Source of the DNA: an uncultured Candidatus Saccharibacteria bacterium
Lineage (GTDB): Bacteria; Patescibacteriota; Minisyncoccia; UBA6257; 02-FULL-45-10c
DNA: 42,056 nucleotides
NCBI GenBank assembly: GCA_964355085.1
Contig: CAYHBW010000003.1
Span: 1-42,056, forward strand
Direction: 5' to 3'
A model generated the notes under the pieces. The model did no database searches. It saw only the letters and a list, made by a program, of their open reading frames with translations, and had not been told where the DNA came from. Both the position numbers and the translations under genes were made by a program. Shown here in pieces: positions 17,533 to 26,154 of this stretch (position 1 is its first letter; every line of letters begins with the position of its first letter).

Positions 17533-18061
17533 AAAAAAAGGCCCTTGCCGGACCGCAGTCATGCGCTTTGAGATTTGGCCCTCGGGGATCCATTTCTCTC
17601 TGCGCTGTTTCTGCGGTCCGGCAAGGGTTACTTACGTCGCTGCCGGTTGTTTCTCTTTCTTATTCACGCACCACGGGTTGGTTGGCGGTGCGTCCGTCCC
17701 GAGGAGCGGATAAGCGAATCTTTTGAATCCGCTGATTCGCTTCTCGGTTCGGGCCCCGGAAAATCGGGCCCCACGGCGCTTGTTTTTCAATCAGAGGTCG
17801 GCTTGCGCCTGCTCTGCGTTGTCGACGTCCTCGGGAATCTTGTTCGATTAACCCGATTCTGTCTTCCAAGCACTGCCCCTTATAAGGGCATTCCGTGAGG
17901 CCGCCTTTGACGCTTAGTCAGTTGCACTTTCGTGCCTCCTTTTGGCCTGTATGGCCGGTGGAGCGCTTCCAGGATTTTCCGCGGCTAATCCGGGAAGCGA
18001 GAAATAAGAAGGGGGTACCCTGCGCATTTCTCGCTTCCCGGCAGTACATATTTCAAATAAC
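17533..18061 (-). ncRNA. Putative ~530-nt large structured ncRNA or long regulatory leader
   Basis: TTGACA-17-TATGCT promoter, 16-bp and 17-bp perfect stems, GNRA-capped hairpins, long-range 9-bp helix, terminal stem + T7; no convincing long ORF. Confidence 0.65.
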
Positions 18062-18067
18062 TTAAAT

Positions 18068-18096
18068 AGCATAGCATACAATATGAAATATGTCAA
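18068..18096 (-). promoter_or_regulatory. Sigma70 promoter TTGACA-N17-TATGCT
   Basis: Perfect -35, 17-bp spacer, extended TG. Confidence 0.8.
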
Positions 18097-18170
18097 CTAT
18101 AAGCGGAGTATTGAAAAATCCGATCCGGATATGTATCCTATGATCAGTTTTCCTATCAAAGGCGGCTGAA

Positions 18171-18452
18171 ATGAGCGGAGTATCCGGATTGAATGATTGG
18201 CTCATCGAAGTGGAAAAAGTCATCAGGGATGAATTCGGCGCGGCCATTTGGGTCAGATTGAAATATTTTAAGATTTCCGGGAAATCGGGAGCTGCGGAGA
18301 AGATTCTGCATCATGATCTCGTATTCATGCCGGATCGGGACGGCTGGGTTTTTGTCCGGCGCAGAATCTCCGGAGATTTTGTTCCCGATAACCGTTACAA
18401 CCGGATGGCAAGACAGGCCAGCGCGATTTTTTCAGAAAAAAATACTGATTAA
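18171..18452 (+). CDS. Hypothetical protein (93 aa)
   Basis: ORF with plausible composition and AAGGCGG upstream. Confidence 0.55.
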   Translation: MSGVSGLNDWLIEVEKVIRDEFGAAIWVRLKYFKISGKSGAAEKILHHDLVFMPDRDGWVFVRRRISGDFVPDNRYNRMARQASAIFSEKNTD

Positions 18453-18526
18453 TCTGGCGGGAAGAGTGATTGACCTTTTGCCTATTTTCATGCATAATTC
18501 ATCCAGCTTTTCATACGGAGGACGGC

Positions 18527-18865
18527 ATGCACATAGTATGCGAAAGATTTCCCGATAACTTGTCGGTTCTTGTCAGCGGATATGATCCGGAGCGCGATCC
18601 GGAGAAGGAATTTTGCGCGGTTTTCCGGTCAACGGAGGAGGAAAATACAGTCCAGCTTGTCAGCAGGCATTTTCGAAGCCACGGCGCACCGGAACGATGC
18701 ACTATTCTCGCCGTGGCAAGCAGAGAGGATCGCGCTATTTTCGAGAAGATGCTTCCCAGATTTTATGAAGCGGCAATGCTGTCATTCGGATTCACGGCTT
18801 TCGACGATAGCTTGCATCCTAAGCAGATTCAATTGCCGCTATCTGAAAAAAGCGGAGATGTCTGA
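18527..18865 (+). CDS. Hypothetical protein
   Basis: GGAGG SD before ATG 18527, TTGACC..CATAAT promoter, terminator at ~18871-18900. Confidence 0.7.
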   Translation: MHIVCERFPDNLSVLVSGYDPERDPEKEFCAVFRSTEEENTVQLVSRHFRSHGAPERCTILAVASREDRAIFEKMLPRFYEAAMLSFGFTAFDDSLHPKQIQLPLSEKSGDV

Positions 18866-18957
18866 TGTTTTGCCCCCGGAAACGGGGGCTTTTATTTTTC
18901 CACGACGCTGAAATTTCTTTTGTCTATTTCGTATCTTGAATTCGTCCGTTCGCATAC

Positions 18958-19926
18958 CTATATTTTCTTGGATTTGATTATTTTATTCAGTATTTTTTTC
19001 ACTCTCTCTATGCTGTCGAGGTCATAAATGGAAATGGCATCCACTTTCGAATTGAGTTTCTTCAGTTTGGCGATTTTGGATTTCAGGTCTTTCTCCGGTA
19101 CAGCGTCGGTTTTGCTGACAAAGATGTACTCTTCCTTATTCAGAAGCTCCTTATTGTATGCGCCGAGCTCTTTCCGGATGGACTTGTAATCTTTCACGGC
19201 ATTTTCCGATTCCGCGGAAATTATATGGAATAGGATTTTCGTCCTTTCGACATGTCTTAAGAATTTTATGCCGAGACCTTTCCCCGCGGAAGCTCCCTCA
19301 ATCAATCCCGGCAGGTCAGCCAGAATAAGTTCATAGAAAGTTCCCAAATTCGGCTCAAGTGTTGTGAATGCGTAATTGGCGACTTTGCTCTGGGCGCGGG
19401 TCAGCTCGTTCAGGAGACTGGATTTGCCGACATTCGGATAACCGATCAGGCCGACATCGGCGATGAGTTTCAGTTCAAGCCGCAATGTCGCAGTTTCTCC
19501 AGGAAGTCCGAACTGGAATCTTTTCGGGCTTGTGCTTTTCGGTCCGCGGAAAAGATAATTTCCTTTTCCTCCGTGTCCGCCTTTGGCGACGCGGATCTGC
19601 TGGCCGATTTTTGTGATTTCCTCATCAGTGCCGGCTTCCGCATTGTGAATGACCGTTCCGACCGGAACTTTCAGAATCAGGTCTTCGGAGGTCGTACCGT
19701 CGCGGAACTGGCTTCGTCCGTCTTCGCCGTTTCTGGCATTCAGATCTTTCTTGTGCCGGAAATGATTCAAGGCGCTCAAGTCAGATACTCCTTCGCAGAC
19801 GACATTTCCTCCGTCGCCTCCGTTTCCGCCGGCCGGACCGATTGCCATTTTATTTTTATCAAAAGCTACGGCTCCGCGTCCGCCGGCTCCGGCCCTGACT
19901 TTTATCGTCACATCATCTATGAGCAT
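18958..19926 (-). CDS. obgE: GTPase ObgE/CgtA (no C-terminal extension)
   Basis: Gly-rich Obg fold, ADVGLIGYPNVGKSS, YAFTTLEPNLG, DLPGLIEGA. Confidence 0.97.
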   Translation of the reverse strand: MLIDDVTIKVRAGAGGRGAVAFDKNKMAIGPAGGNGGDGGNVVCEGVSDLSALNHFRHKKDLNARNGEDGRSQFRDGTTSEDLILKVPVGTVIHNAEAGTDEEITKIGQQIRVAKGGHGGKGNYLFRGPKSTSPKRFQFGLPGETATLRLELKLIADVGLIGYPNVGKSSLLNELTRAQSKVANYAFTTLEPNLGTFYELILADLPGLIEGASAGKGLGIKFLRHVERTKILFHIISAESENAVKDYKSIRKELGAYNKELLNKEEYIFVSKTDAVPEKDLKSKIAKLKKLNSKVDAISIYDLDSIERVKKILNKIIKSKKI

Positions 19927-19970
19927 ATTGGATATGTTCTATCATTATACTGCATTTTCGGCTATTATAA

Positions 19971-20239
19971 GAGAGTAGAATCCAAACTAGCATCAATTTA
20001 GTGAGTCCGATTATCGCCAAGATTCAAGGCGCAAGAAGCGAAGTGTATCTCATTGATACATAAGTGACGAGCAACGAAGAGGATTGGTGGGAATCGGTTC
20101 ACCCAAAGGGAAGAATAAATTTGGCCAATTTCGTCGTCATTCCTCCTCGCTGTGGTTATTACCACGAGCTCGTTGTCTTTCCTAGGAATTGACTCAAATT
20201 TAAGCTTCTAAGCTTGATGTTAGTTTGAATTCTACTCTC
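19971..20239. mobile_element. MITE-like palindromic element with 26-bp imperfect terminal inverted repeats
   Basis: GAGAGTAGAATCCAAACTAGCATCAA (19971-19996) vs the reverse complement of 20214-20239, 24/26 identical; internal hairpins; no transposase. Confidence 0.75.
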
Positions 20240-20243
20240 AAAT

Positions 20244-20951
20244 ATGGAATTTCCGATGAGAATAAACAAGTATCTTGCGCTGAATAAATACGCAAGCCGG
20301 AGGGAAGCCGACCGGCTTATTCAGGTCGGTCAGGTCAAAATAAACGGCCGCGTTGCAAAGCTCGGCGACAAGGTCAACGAGACCGACAAAGTGGAAGTTT
20401 CAAAGCGGGTGACAGAAAGGATCAAGGAGCTCGTCTATGTCGCTTACAATAAACCGCTCGGAGTCGTAACGCACAGTCCGGAAGACGATCAGGACGAGAT
20501 TCTGGACGCCGTGAATGTCGGCGTTCCGGTTTTTCCTATTGGCCGCTTGGACCGTTCTTCTCATGGATTGATCCTGCTTACCAATGACGGTCGGATTACC
20601 GACAGATTGTTGAGTCCGAAATATGATCATGAAAAAGAATATATTGTCCGCGTCAATAAGCCGATTGAAAAGCATTTCTTGAAGCATTTAGGAACCGGAA
20701 TCGACATCGAGGGATACAAAACAAAGCCGGCGAAGGTCAGGCAGACTTCCGAGAAAAGCTTCAATATAGTCCTGACCGAAGGTAAAAAGCATCAGATCCG
20801 CCGGATGTGCGCGGCTTTCGGCTATGTGACCAATGACCTGAAGCGCGTTAGAATCATGAGCGTCAGACTAGGCAACTTGAAGGACGGCCAATGGAGGAAG
20901 ATCGAGGGCATTGAACTGCGGGATTTTTTGAAAAATCTCGGACTTGCATAA
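20244..20951 (+). CDS. rRNA pseudouridine synthase (RluB/RluF/RsuA family) with S4 domain
   Basis: RINKYLA..SRREAD, GRLD, EGKKHQIRRM. Confidence 0.95.
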   Translation: MEFPMRINKYLALNKYASRREADRLIQVGQVKINGRVAKLGDKVNETDKVEVSKRVTERIKELVYVAYNKPLGVVTHSPEDDQDEILDAVNVGVPVFPIGRLDRSSHGLILLTNDGRITDRLLSPKYDHEKEYIVRVNKPIEKHFLKHLGTGIDIEGYKTKPAKVRQTSEKSFNIVLTEGKKHQIRRMCAAFGYVTNDLKRVRIMSVRLGNLKDGQWRKIEGIELRDFLKNLGLA

Positions 20952-21009
20952 ATCGATTATTTATCGCATACTATCTTCTAGTAAATCAAATCATTCAGGG
21001 AGGGGACGA

Positions 21010-21345
21010 ATGAACGCAATCTGGAGTTTCGTATCAACTCATCCGTTTGTGTTTTTTTCAATCGCATTCACCTGCATAGTCATAATTTTATTCTTTATTT
21101 TCGGAAGATCAGCGTGTGAGCCGGATAACCGGCTAGGAGTTCCTTCTGAAGAAAAACTCGACCCTGATATGACCAGGATAACTATCCTGGCCAAAGACGG
21201 AAAGGTTATTGAAGAATTTCATGCGCTGACTGATTCGATTAATTGGGATGATCAAGATGGTCTTTTTATTGAATTTGAAACAAAAGATGGTAATGGAATC
21301 ATCTATATGCTCGGCTCATTTTCAGCCAAGATGGCTGATCTTTGA
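21010..21345 (+). CDS. Hypothetical single-TM protein
   Basis: GGAGG SD, N-terminal TM, terminator at ~21351-21378. Confidence 0.7.
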   Translation: MNAIWSFVSTHPFVFFSIAFTCIVIILFFIFGRSACEPDNRLGVPSEEKLDPDMTRITILAKDGKVIEEFHALTDSINWDDQDGLFIEFETKDGNGIIYMLGSFSAKMADL

Positions 21346-21490
21346 AATCTAAAACTCGGCTTCTGCCGAGTTTTTTTATTTTTTGACTGCCGAGTATTTG
21401 ATAGGTGGGAATTCTAATTATTGACATTTCTTTAATAAAAACTTATTCTATGCATAGTTTATCTTTGAAATTTTGAATAATGGAGGAGTA

Positions 21491-22546
21491 ATGAAGGGAC
21501 TTAAGCTACGCTCTCTTTCGGGAGAATTATGCAAAGTGGGTTCAAAATATGCCAAAAACCCGCTAGATACTATCAACGATATAGAAAAGAAACTTAGCCC
21601 ATGGGATCATTACATCTTGGAACGCTTCGGTGAAAACTTTTCATTTTTAAAAGAGTATTATAAATTACCGATTCGGATATTTTCTGAATTTTCTTTTGAA
21701 GAATTATGTAAGCTCCACCACTCATCCATACTTATGATGGATCAGTCCGTTAATGAGATTTTTGAAAGAGATGCGCGCTATGAAATAATGCGGAAAATTC
21801 AGAGTTCCATGTGGAGATGGGGCATGAATAAAGGGACTTGGAATCAAGCAGTTGATGCGTATGATAATATCCGCAGATTTTCTTTCATAGAAAACCCTGA
21901 TTTTGAAATCCGACTGGATTACTCCACTCATTTCAATGAATTCGGATACTCCAAATATAGCCGGACATACATTGATGGGGTGTTCGCTTATCTCGTTTAC
22001 TACAAAAGAAGGCACGTGATGACAATCGGCTTCTCAATTATGGAAAAAAGGAGTCTATTGATCCAACAAGTCCAGTCAGTTAATCGCACTGGCAACCGGT
22101 ATTTATACAAACTTCCGAATAATCGTATTGAATTTGTAATCGGTCTTTTTCGTAAAAATTTCCCCGGTTATCAGCTTTACGTTATTGATGGAAATTGTCT
22201 TGTGGAAAAAACGATCTCTCATTACAAGCGAGCCCTTAACATGGCGATGGAACGCTGCAGAAACTATCGAGATCAAATTAAAAATCCTGCATGCAAGTCA
22301 AAAAACATTACTGAACGCTGGCTGAGAGAAAGCGAACAAGAATGCGAAGCATTGGAAGCAAAAATCGTGCATCTCAAGGCAGACAAATCGCGGCTTGCTT
22401 TGTTTTATGGCGATACCGGACGCTTCTTGCTTAATCCCTTAACCCTAAGTGTCAACGGCCTGATTCATCATCAGGTGCATTATCGGCCGCAGTTTGGTTT
22501 AAAAAGAAAAACTCATCACAGCCGCCTCTGGAATTTATTTTCCTAA
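21491..22546 (+). CDS. Hypothetical protein (AT-rich, accessory)
   Basis: Long ORF, TTGACA-17-TATTCT promoter, GGAGG SD. Confidence 0.8.
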   Translation: MKGLKLRSLSGELCKVGSKYAKNPLDTINDIEKKLSPWDHYILERFGENFSFLKEYYKLPIRIFSEFSFEELCKLHHSSILMMDQSVNEIFERDARYEIMRKIQSSMWRWGMNKGTWNQAVDAYDNIRRFSFIENPDFEIRLDYSTHFNEFGYSKYSRTYIDGVFAYLVYYKRRHVMTIGFSIMEKRSLLIQQVQSVNRTGNRYLYKLPNNRIEFVIGLFRKNFPGYQLYVIDGNCLVEKTISHYKRALNMAMERCRNYRDQIKNPACKSKNITERWLRESEQECEALEAKIVHLKADKSRLALFYGDTGRFLLNPLTLSVNGLIHHQVHYRPQFGLKRKTHHSRLWNLFS

Positions 22547-22584
22547 GGCGGCTTTTATTTATTTACACTTAACTTGCCGAAGTG

Positions 22585-22655
22585 TTCCGGGACAGGGATT
22601 CGAACCCCAATTCTGCGCTCCAGAGGCGCATGTCCTACCATTAGACGATCCCGGA
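22585..22655 (-). tRNA. tRNA-Gln(CTG)
   Basis: TCCGGGA/TCCCGGA acceptor, D-loop TAATGGTAG, TGCGC-CT-CTG-GA-GCGCA anticodon arm, GGTTCGAATCC; CCA not encoded. Confidence 0.92.
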
Positions 22656-22895
22656 ATATTTCATCTTGACTAGAAGAGCCCGCTTTCCCTTGGCGCTTTT
22701 ATAGAACTTTTCAATCTTAAAAGCTTCATATACATTCTCATAATTTTCGCTGTAAATCAACGCCAGCGGCCTCCTATTTTTTGTAGATAAAACTTTTCCT
22801 GAATTATGCTTTTCAATTCTGTCAGTCAAATATTTTGTGCAACCGACATATAAATTGCCATCTTTTAAACTTTTTAAAACATATACACACTGCAT
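22641..22895 (-). CDS. Minimal GIY-YIG endonuclease overlapping the tRNA-Gln 5' end
   Basis: VYVLKS..DGNLYVG.T...RIEKHNSG..STK.RRP..LIYSE..A..E...K. Confidence 0.92.
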   Translation of the reverse strand: MQCVYVLKSLKDGNLYVGCTKYLTDRIEKHNSGKVLSTKNRRPLALIYSENYENVYEAFKIEKFYKSAKGKRALLVKMKYSGIV

Positions 22896-22925
22896 ACAAT
22901 GATATGTTATTTTGTCCTAACAGTA

Positions 22926-23013
22926 GCCTCGCCCATAGGCTACGGCCGAGGGCCTCGCCCATAGGTCGACTGTGATTCCTACCATTAGCCTCGCCCATAG
23001 GCTACGGCCGAGG
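22926..23013. repeat. 26-bp palindromic repeat GCCTCGCCCATAGGCTACGGCCGAGG (2 full copies + 1 partial)
   Basis: Copies at 22926-22951, 22952-22965 (partial) and 22988-23013. Confidence 0.9.
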
Positions 23014-23029
23014 GACGATCCCGGAATAT
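22977..23029 (-). pseudogene. Duplicated 5' fragment of tRNA-Gln interrupted by the 26-bp palindrome
   Basis: ATATTCCGGGATCGTC[26 bp]TAATGGTAGGA; identical to 22633-22659 once the insert is removed. Confidence 0.85.
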
Positions 23030-23078
23030 GAACCTTCTGAAGATATTCTAAAATAGTTTATGATATAATTCAAATACA

Positions 23079-23711
23079 ATGAAACAATTTATACTTCCGG
23101 AACTTCCGTACGCTCTTGATGCATTGGCCCCGCATCTTTCAAAAGAAGCGCTTGAGTATCACTATGGCAAGCATCATGCCGCTTATATAAACAATCTAAA
23201 TAAGCTGATAACCGGAACTGATTATGAAAACATGCCCATTGAAGAAATCGTAAAGCGAGCCGATGCGGCCGGACTTTTCAATAACGCCGCGCAGGCTTAT
23301 AATCATACTTTTTATTGGCATTGCATGAAGCCGAACTCCGGCGCGGTTGAACCGGTTCCCGGAAATCAGATCGCATCGGCGATCGGCGATTCTTTCGGAT
23401 CATTGGAGAAATTCAAGGAAGAATTCACTAAAACCGGACTCACGCATTTCGGAAGCGGGTGGGCCTGGCTTCTCATGAATAAATCCGGAAAGCTGGAGAT
23501 CAAAGGAATGCATGACGCTGATACGCCGATTAAGGACGGAGATAGGCCGTTACTGGCGCTGGATGTTTGGGAGCATGCTTATTATATAGACTACCGGAAT
23601 GCCAGAGCGGATTACATAAGCGCGTTCTGGAAGCTGATCAATTGGGAATTTGCCGAAAAGCAGCTTTTAAAAGACAAATCCGATACGTTGATGACCGCAT
23701 CCGCGCAGTAG
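23079..23711 (+). CDS. sodB: Fe/Mn superoxide dismutase
   Basis: LPELPY..DALAP, HYGKHH, NNAAQAYNH, FGSGWAW, DVWEHAYY. Confidence 0.95.
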   Translation: MKQFILPELPYALDALAPHLSKEALEYHYGKHHAAYINNLNKLITGTDYENMPIEEIVKRADAAGLFNNAAQAYNHTFYWHCMKPNSGAVEPVPGNQIASAIGDSFGSLEKFKEEFTKTGLTHFGSGWAWLLMNKSGKLEIKGMHDADTPIKDGDRPLLALDVWEHAYYIDYRNARADYISAFWKLINWEFAEKQLLKDKSDTLMTASAQ

Positions 23712-23819
23712 GCGACGGTTCTAGTTCTGGTGAAATTGAAATTTTGCATTGAATCAGGCTGTGCTATAATTACTGTTATCCGATTATAAGTAAAAATTAA
23801 CACAATTAATCAAAAAACC

Positions 23820-24377
23820 ATGAACAGATTCATAGATGTCAATCCGCAAAGGCGCGGAACTGGAAATATGGGAGGAAATATTAACAACGCAGAAGAAACG
23901 CCGCAAGAATCCCATTTTAATAAAGTGAAAAAATTTTGCATGGAGCGCTGCCCCCGAAGCGCAAATGGCTGGTTAGTAGCGCTGCTCACTGCGGTTGTAA
24001 TATGGCAAGTCCTTGTTTCTTTTGGCGCGATGCCATCGCTGACTTTTCCTATGGTAAGCGGAGGAAAGTGGCAAGCGATGTTCCTTACAAATGGGCAGGT
24101 CTATTTCGGCCATCTTAAGGAAGTCAACCGTGATTACGTGAAAATGGCGGATATCTATTATCTCCAGGTCTCACAACAGCTTCAACCTTCTTCGGATCAG
24201 CCGCAGCAGATCACCCTCATAAAGCTCGGAAACGAGCTTCATGGACCTGAAGACACGATGTATGTCCCGAAGAATCAGGTTGTTTTCTGGGAGAATATGA
24301 AAGATGATTCTACTGTCGTACAAGCCATAGACACTTTGAAGAAAAATGAGGCGGAGGCGGCGGTAAAATCCGAATAA
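23820..24377 (+). CDS. Conserved hypothetical membrane-anchored protein
   Basis: TM followed by WQAMFLTNGQVYFG...LIKLGNELHGPED. Confidence 0.85.
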   Translation: MNRFIDVNPQRRGTGNMGGNINNAEETPQESHFNKVKKFCMERCPRSANGWLVALLTAVVIWQVLVSFGAMPSLTFPMVSGGKWQAMFLTNGQVYFGHLKEVNRDYVKMADIYYLQVSQQLQPSSDQPQQITLIKLGNELHGPEDTMYVPKNQVVFWENMKDDSTVVQAIDTLKKNEAEAAVKSE

Positions 24378-24409
24378 AAAATGAAATATCCCGTTCAGAC
24401 GGGATATTT

Positions 24410-25183
24410 TTATTGGAGAAAATTCTTGTAACCGTTCAGGAAGGATCTGTAATCCATTGGTTTTTTTCCTTCCGGCTGAACTTTTTTGAGCGAAAGTTTA
24501 CCGTCGACGTAATCCGCTTCTAGAAGTTTTATCCGGAGAATCTTTCCGTCTTCCGAATGGAGTATTGAAAATGCGCCCGGTTCAGGATTCAGCGCCCTGA
24601 TTTTCAGCCAGGCATCTTTTTGATCGCCGTTTTTGAAATCGATCTTTGCGTCATCAGAGGTGAATTTTTTCGTGAATGTCGCCGTTGAGTCATCCTGATC
24701 TTCCGGTTTCAGCTGTCCTTCGAACCATTTCCCCATGCTTTTCGTAAGCAGATCGGCGCTCAACCGCGCGAGTTTTTTTTCTAATGTGGCGTATGTGTCA
24801 TCCGGATCGATCGGAATTTTTTCCATCGCTATGACCGGGCCATGATCAACTTTTTCATCTATCAGGAATATCGATGTTCCGGTTTCTTTTTCGCCGTTCA
24901 GAATCGCCGATTGGATAGGTGAAGCGCCGCGATATTTCGGGAGCAGGGAAGGATGGACTCCGACTGTCCCTTTCGGGGCGATATCCAATATTTCTTTTTT
25001 CAGTATTTTCCCGAAGGCGGCGACAAGAAAAAAATCCGCACCCAGTGATTTCAGATATTCCGGATCAAGCGGAGCTTTCGCATTCCTGATCGAGGCGACC
25101 GGCGGAAGACCGGCGTTGATGAGTTCTTCCAGGATTATCTCCGCGAACTTCGATTCCTGTCCTCCGAAAAAAATGTAGCGCAT
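24410..25183 (-). CDS. fmt: Methionyl-tRNA formyltransferase (shortened)
   Basis: VAAFGKIL, VHPSLLPKYRGASPIQ, DHGP; adjacent to def. Confidence 0.95.
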   Translation of the reverse strand: MRYIFFGGQESKFAEIILEELINAGLPPVASIRNAKAPLDPEYLKSLGADFFLVAAFGKILKKEILDIAPKGTVGVHPSLLPKYRGASPIQSAILNGEKETGTSIFLIDEKVDHGPVIAMEKIPIDPDDTYATLEKKLARLSADLLTKSMGKWFEGQLKPEDQDDSTATFTKKFTSDDAKIDFKNGDQKDAWLKIRALNPEPGAFSILHSEDGKILRIKLLEADYVDGKLSLKKVQPEGKKPMDYRSFLNGYKNFLQ

Positions 25184-25261
25184 TTTAGTTACTTAGTTGA
25201 TTGGTTAGTTGGTTAATTTGTTGATTTATGCATTTTACTATTTAACAATTTAACTAATCGA

Positions 25262-25750
25262 CTAATTAACCACTTGGTACTTATGCAGATATTTCGCCTT
25301 ATCGATGAAAAGTTTTCCGTCCAGATGATCCATTTCGTGCTGGAATATGCGGGCCAGCAGACCCCAGGCCTTTATTTTCAATTTTTTGCCGTTCTTATCC
25401 CATCCTTCCAGAACGACTTTCGCCGGCCGGACGACTTTCCCGAAAATTTCAGGAACACTCAAGCATCCCTCCTCCATATTCGCGGCTTCGTCTGAAAGTT
25501 TGGTGATTTTTGAATTGAAAACCGAATAGAATTTGCCTTCGGCCTGGGCCACGAAAACGTGCATATCCAATCCGATCTGATTGGCGCTTAATCCTATGCC
25601 GTTAGCTTTTTTCATGGTTTCCCGCATTTTCCGGACCAGCTCCTGTATATCTTTTTTGGAATTTTTTTTGAAATCAAACTCCGCCATTTTTTTACGGAGG
25701 AGTTTTGTTTCGTTTTTATCGTCAATTGTCCAGATTCCGTGTTGAGTCAT
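25262..25750 (-). CDS. def: Peptide deformylase
   Basis: GIGLSANQIG, EGCLS, QHEMDHL. Confidence 0.97.
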   Translation of the reverse strand: MTQHGIWTIDDKNETKLLRKKMAEFDFKKNSKKDIQELVRKMRETMKKANGIGLSANQIGLDMHVFVAQAEGKFYSVFNSKITKLSDEAANMEEGCLSVPEIFGKVVRPAKVVLEGWDKNGKKLKIKAWGLLARIFQHEMDHLDGKLFIDKAKYLHKYQVVN

Positions 25751-25809
25751 CGTTAGTTTATTGGTAACTTGGTTAGTTGGTTGATTGGGTCGTGCGAATT
25801 AACCAAGAA

Positions 25810-26106
25810 CTAACTGACTAATTCACTACCTGTTTCCTTTTCCTTAAGTTTTTTGACTAGAGTCATGAAATAAGCGCCTTTATTGTCCACATTTTTCCGT
25901 TCGGCAAGGTCTTTGGCTATGCGGACAAGTTCATTGCCGTCATAGATTTTCGCCATTCTCATATACAGCGCCTTATGTTCCTGGTCTTCAAGGATTTCGG
26001 CCAGAGCAAGTCCTGTCGATTGATACGGCTTATAAACTCGGGATTTTTTGGCACGCTCCTGCAGTGTCTTCAGGTAGTCGCGGTTTATGTCTTTCATCGT
26101 GTTCAT
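25810..26106 (-). CDS. Conserved hypothetical helical protein
   Basis: Co-oriented with def-fmt; KALYMRMAK..NKGAYF. Confidence 0.75.
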   Translation of the reverse strand: MNTMKDINRDYLKTLQERAKKSRVYKPYQSTGLALAEILEDQEHKALYMRMAKIYDGNELVRIAKDLAERKNVDNKGAYFMTLVKKLKEKETGSELVS

Positions 26107-26154
26107 ATATGAAGGTTAGTTTTATTGTATGATATATTAGAACCTATCTCAACA

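Noticed and set aside
17533-18061. tmRNA or a self-splicing intron; short ORFs 17660-17869, 17914-18096, 17424-17726, 17575-17898
   Set aside because: No tRNA-Ala-like ends, P7 or domain V motifs seen; the ORFs are Arg/Pro-rich, mutually overlapping and lack motifs
22926-23013. CRISPR array interpretation of the 26-bp repeats
   Set aside because: Only 2.5 copies, adjacent or irregularly spaced, intervening sequence is tRNA-derived, and no cas genes
22585-23029. Group I intron in tRNA-Gln encoding the GIY-YIG
   Set aside because: The downstream tRNA is complete on its own, no ribozyme core is visible, and there is too little non-coding sequence
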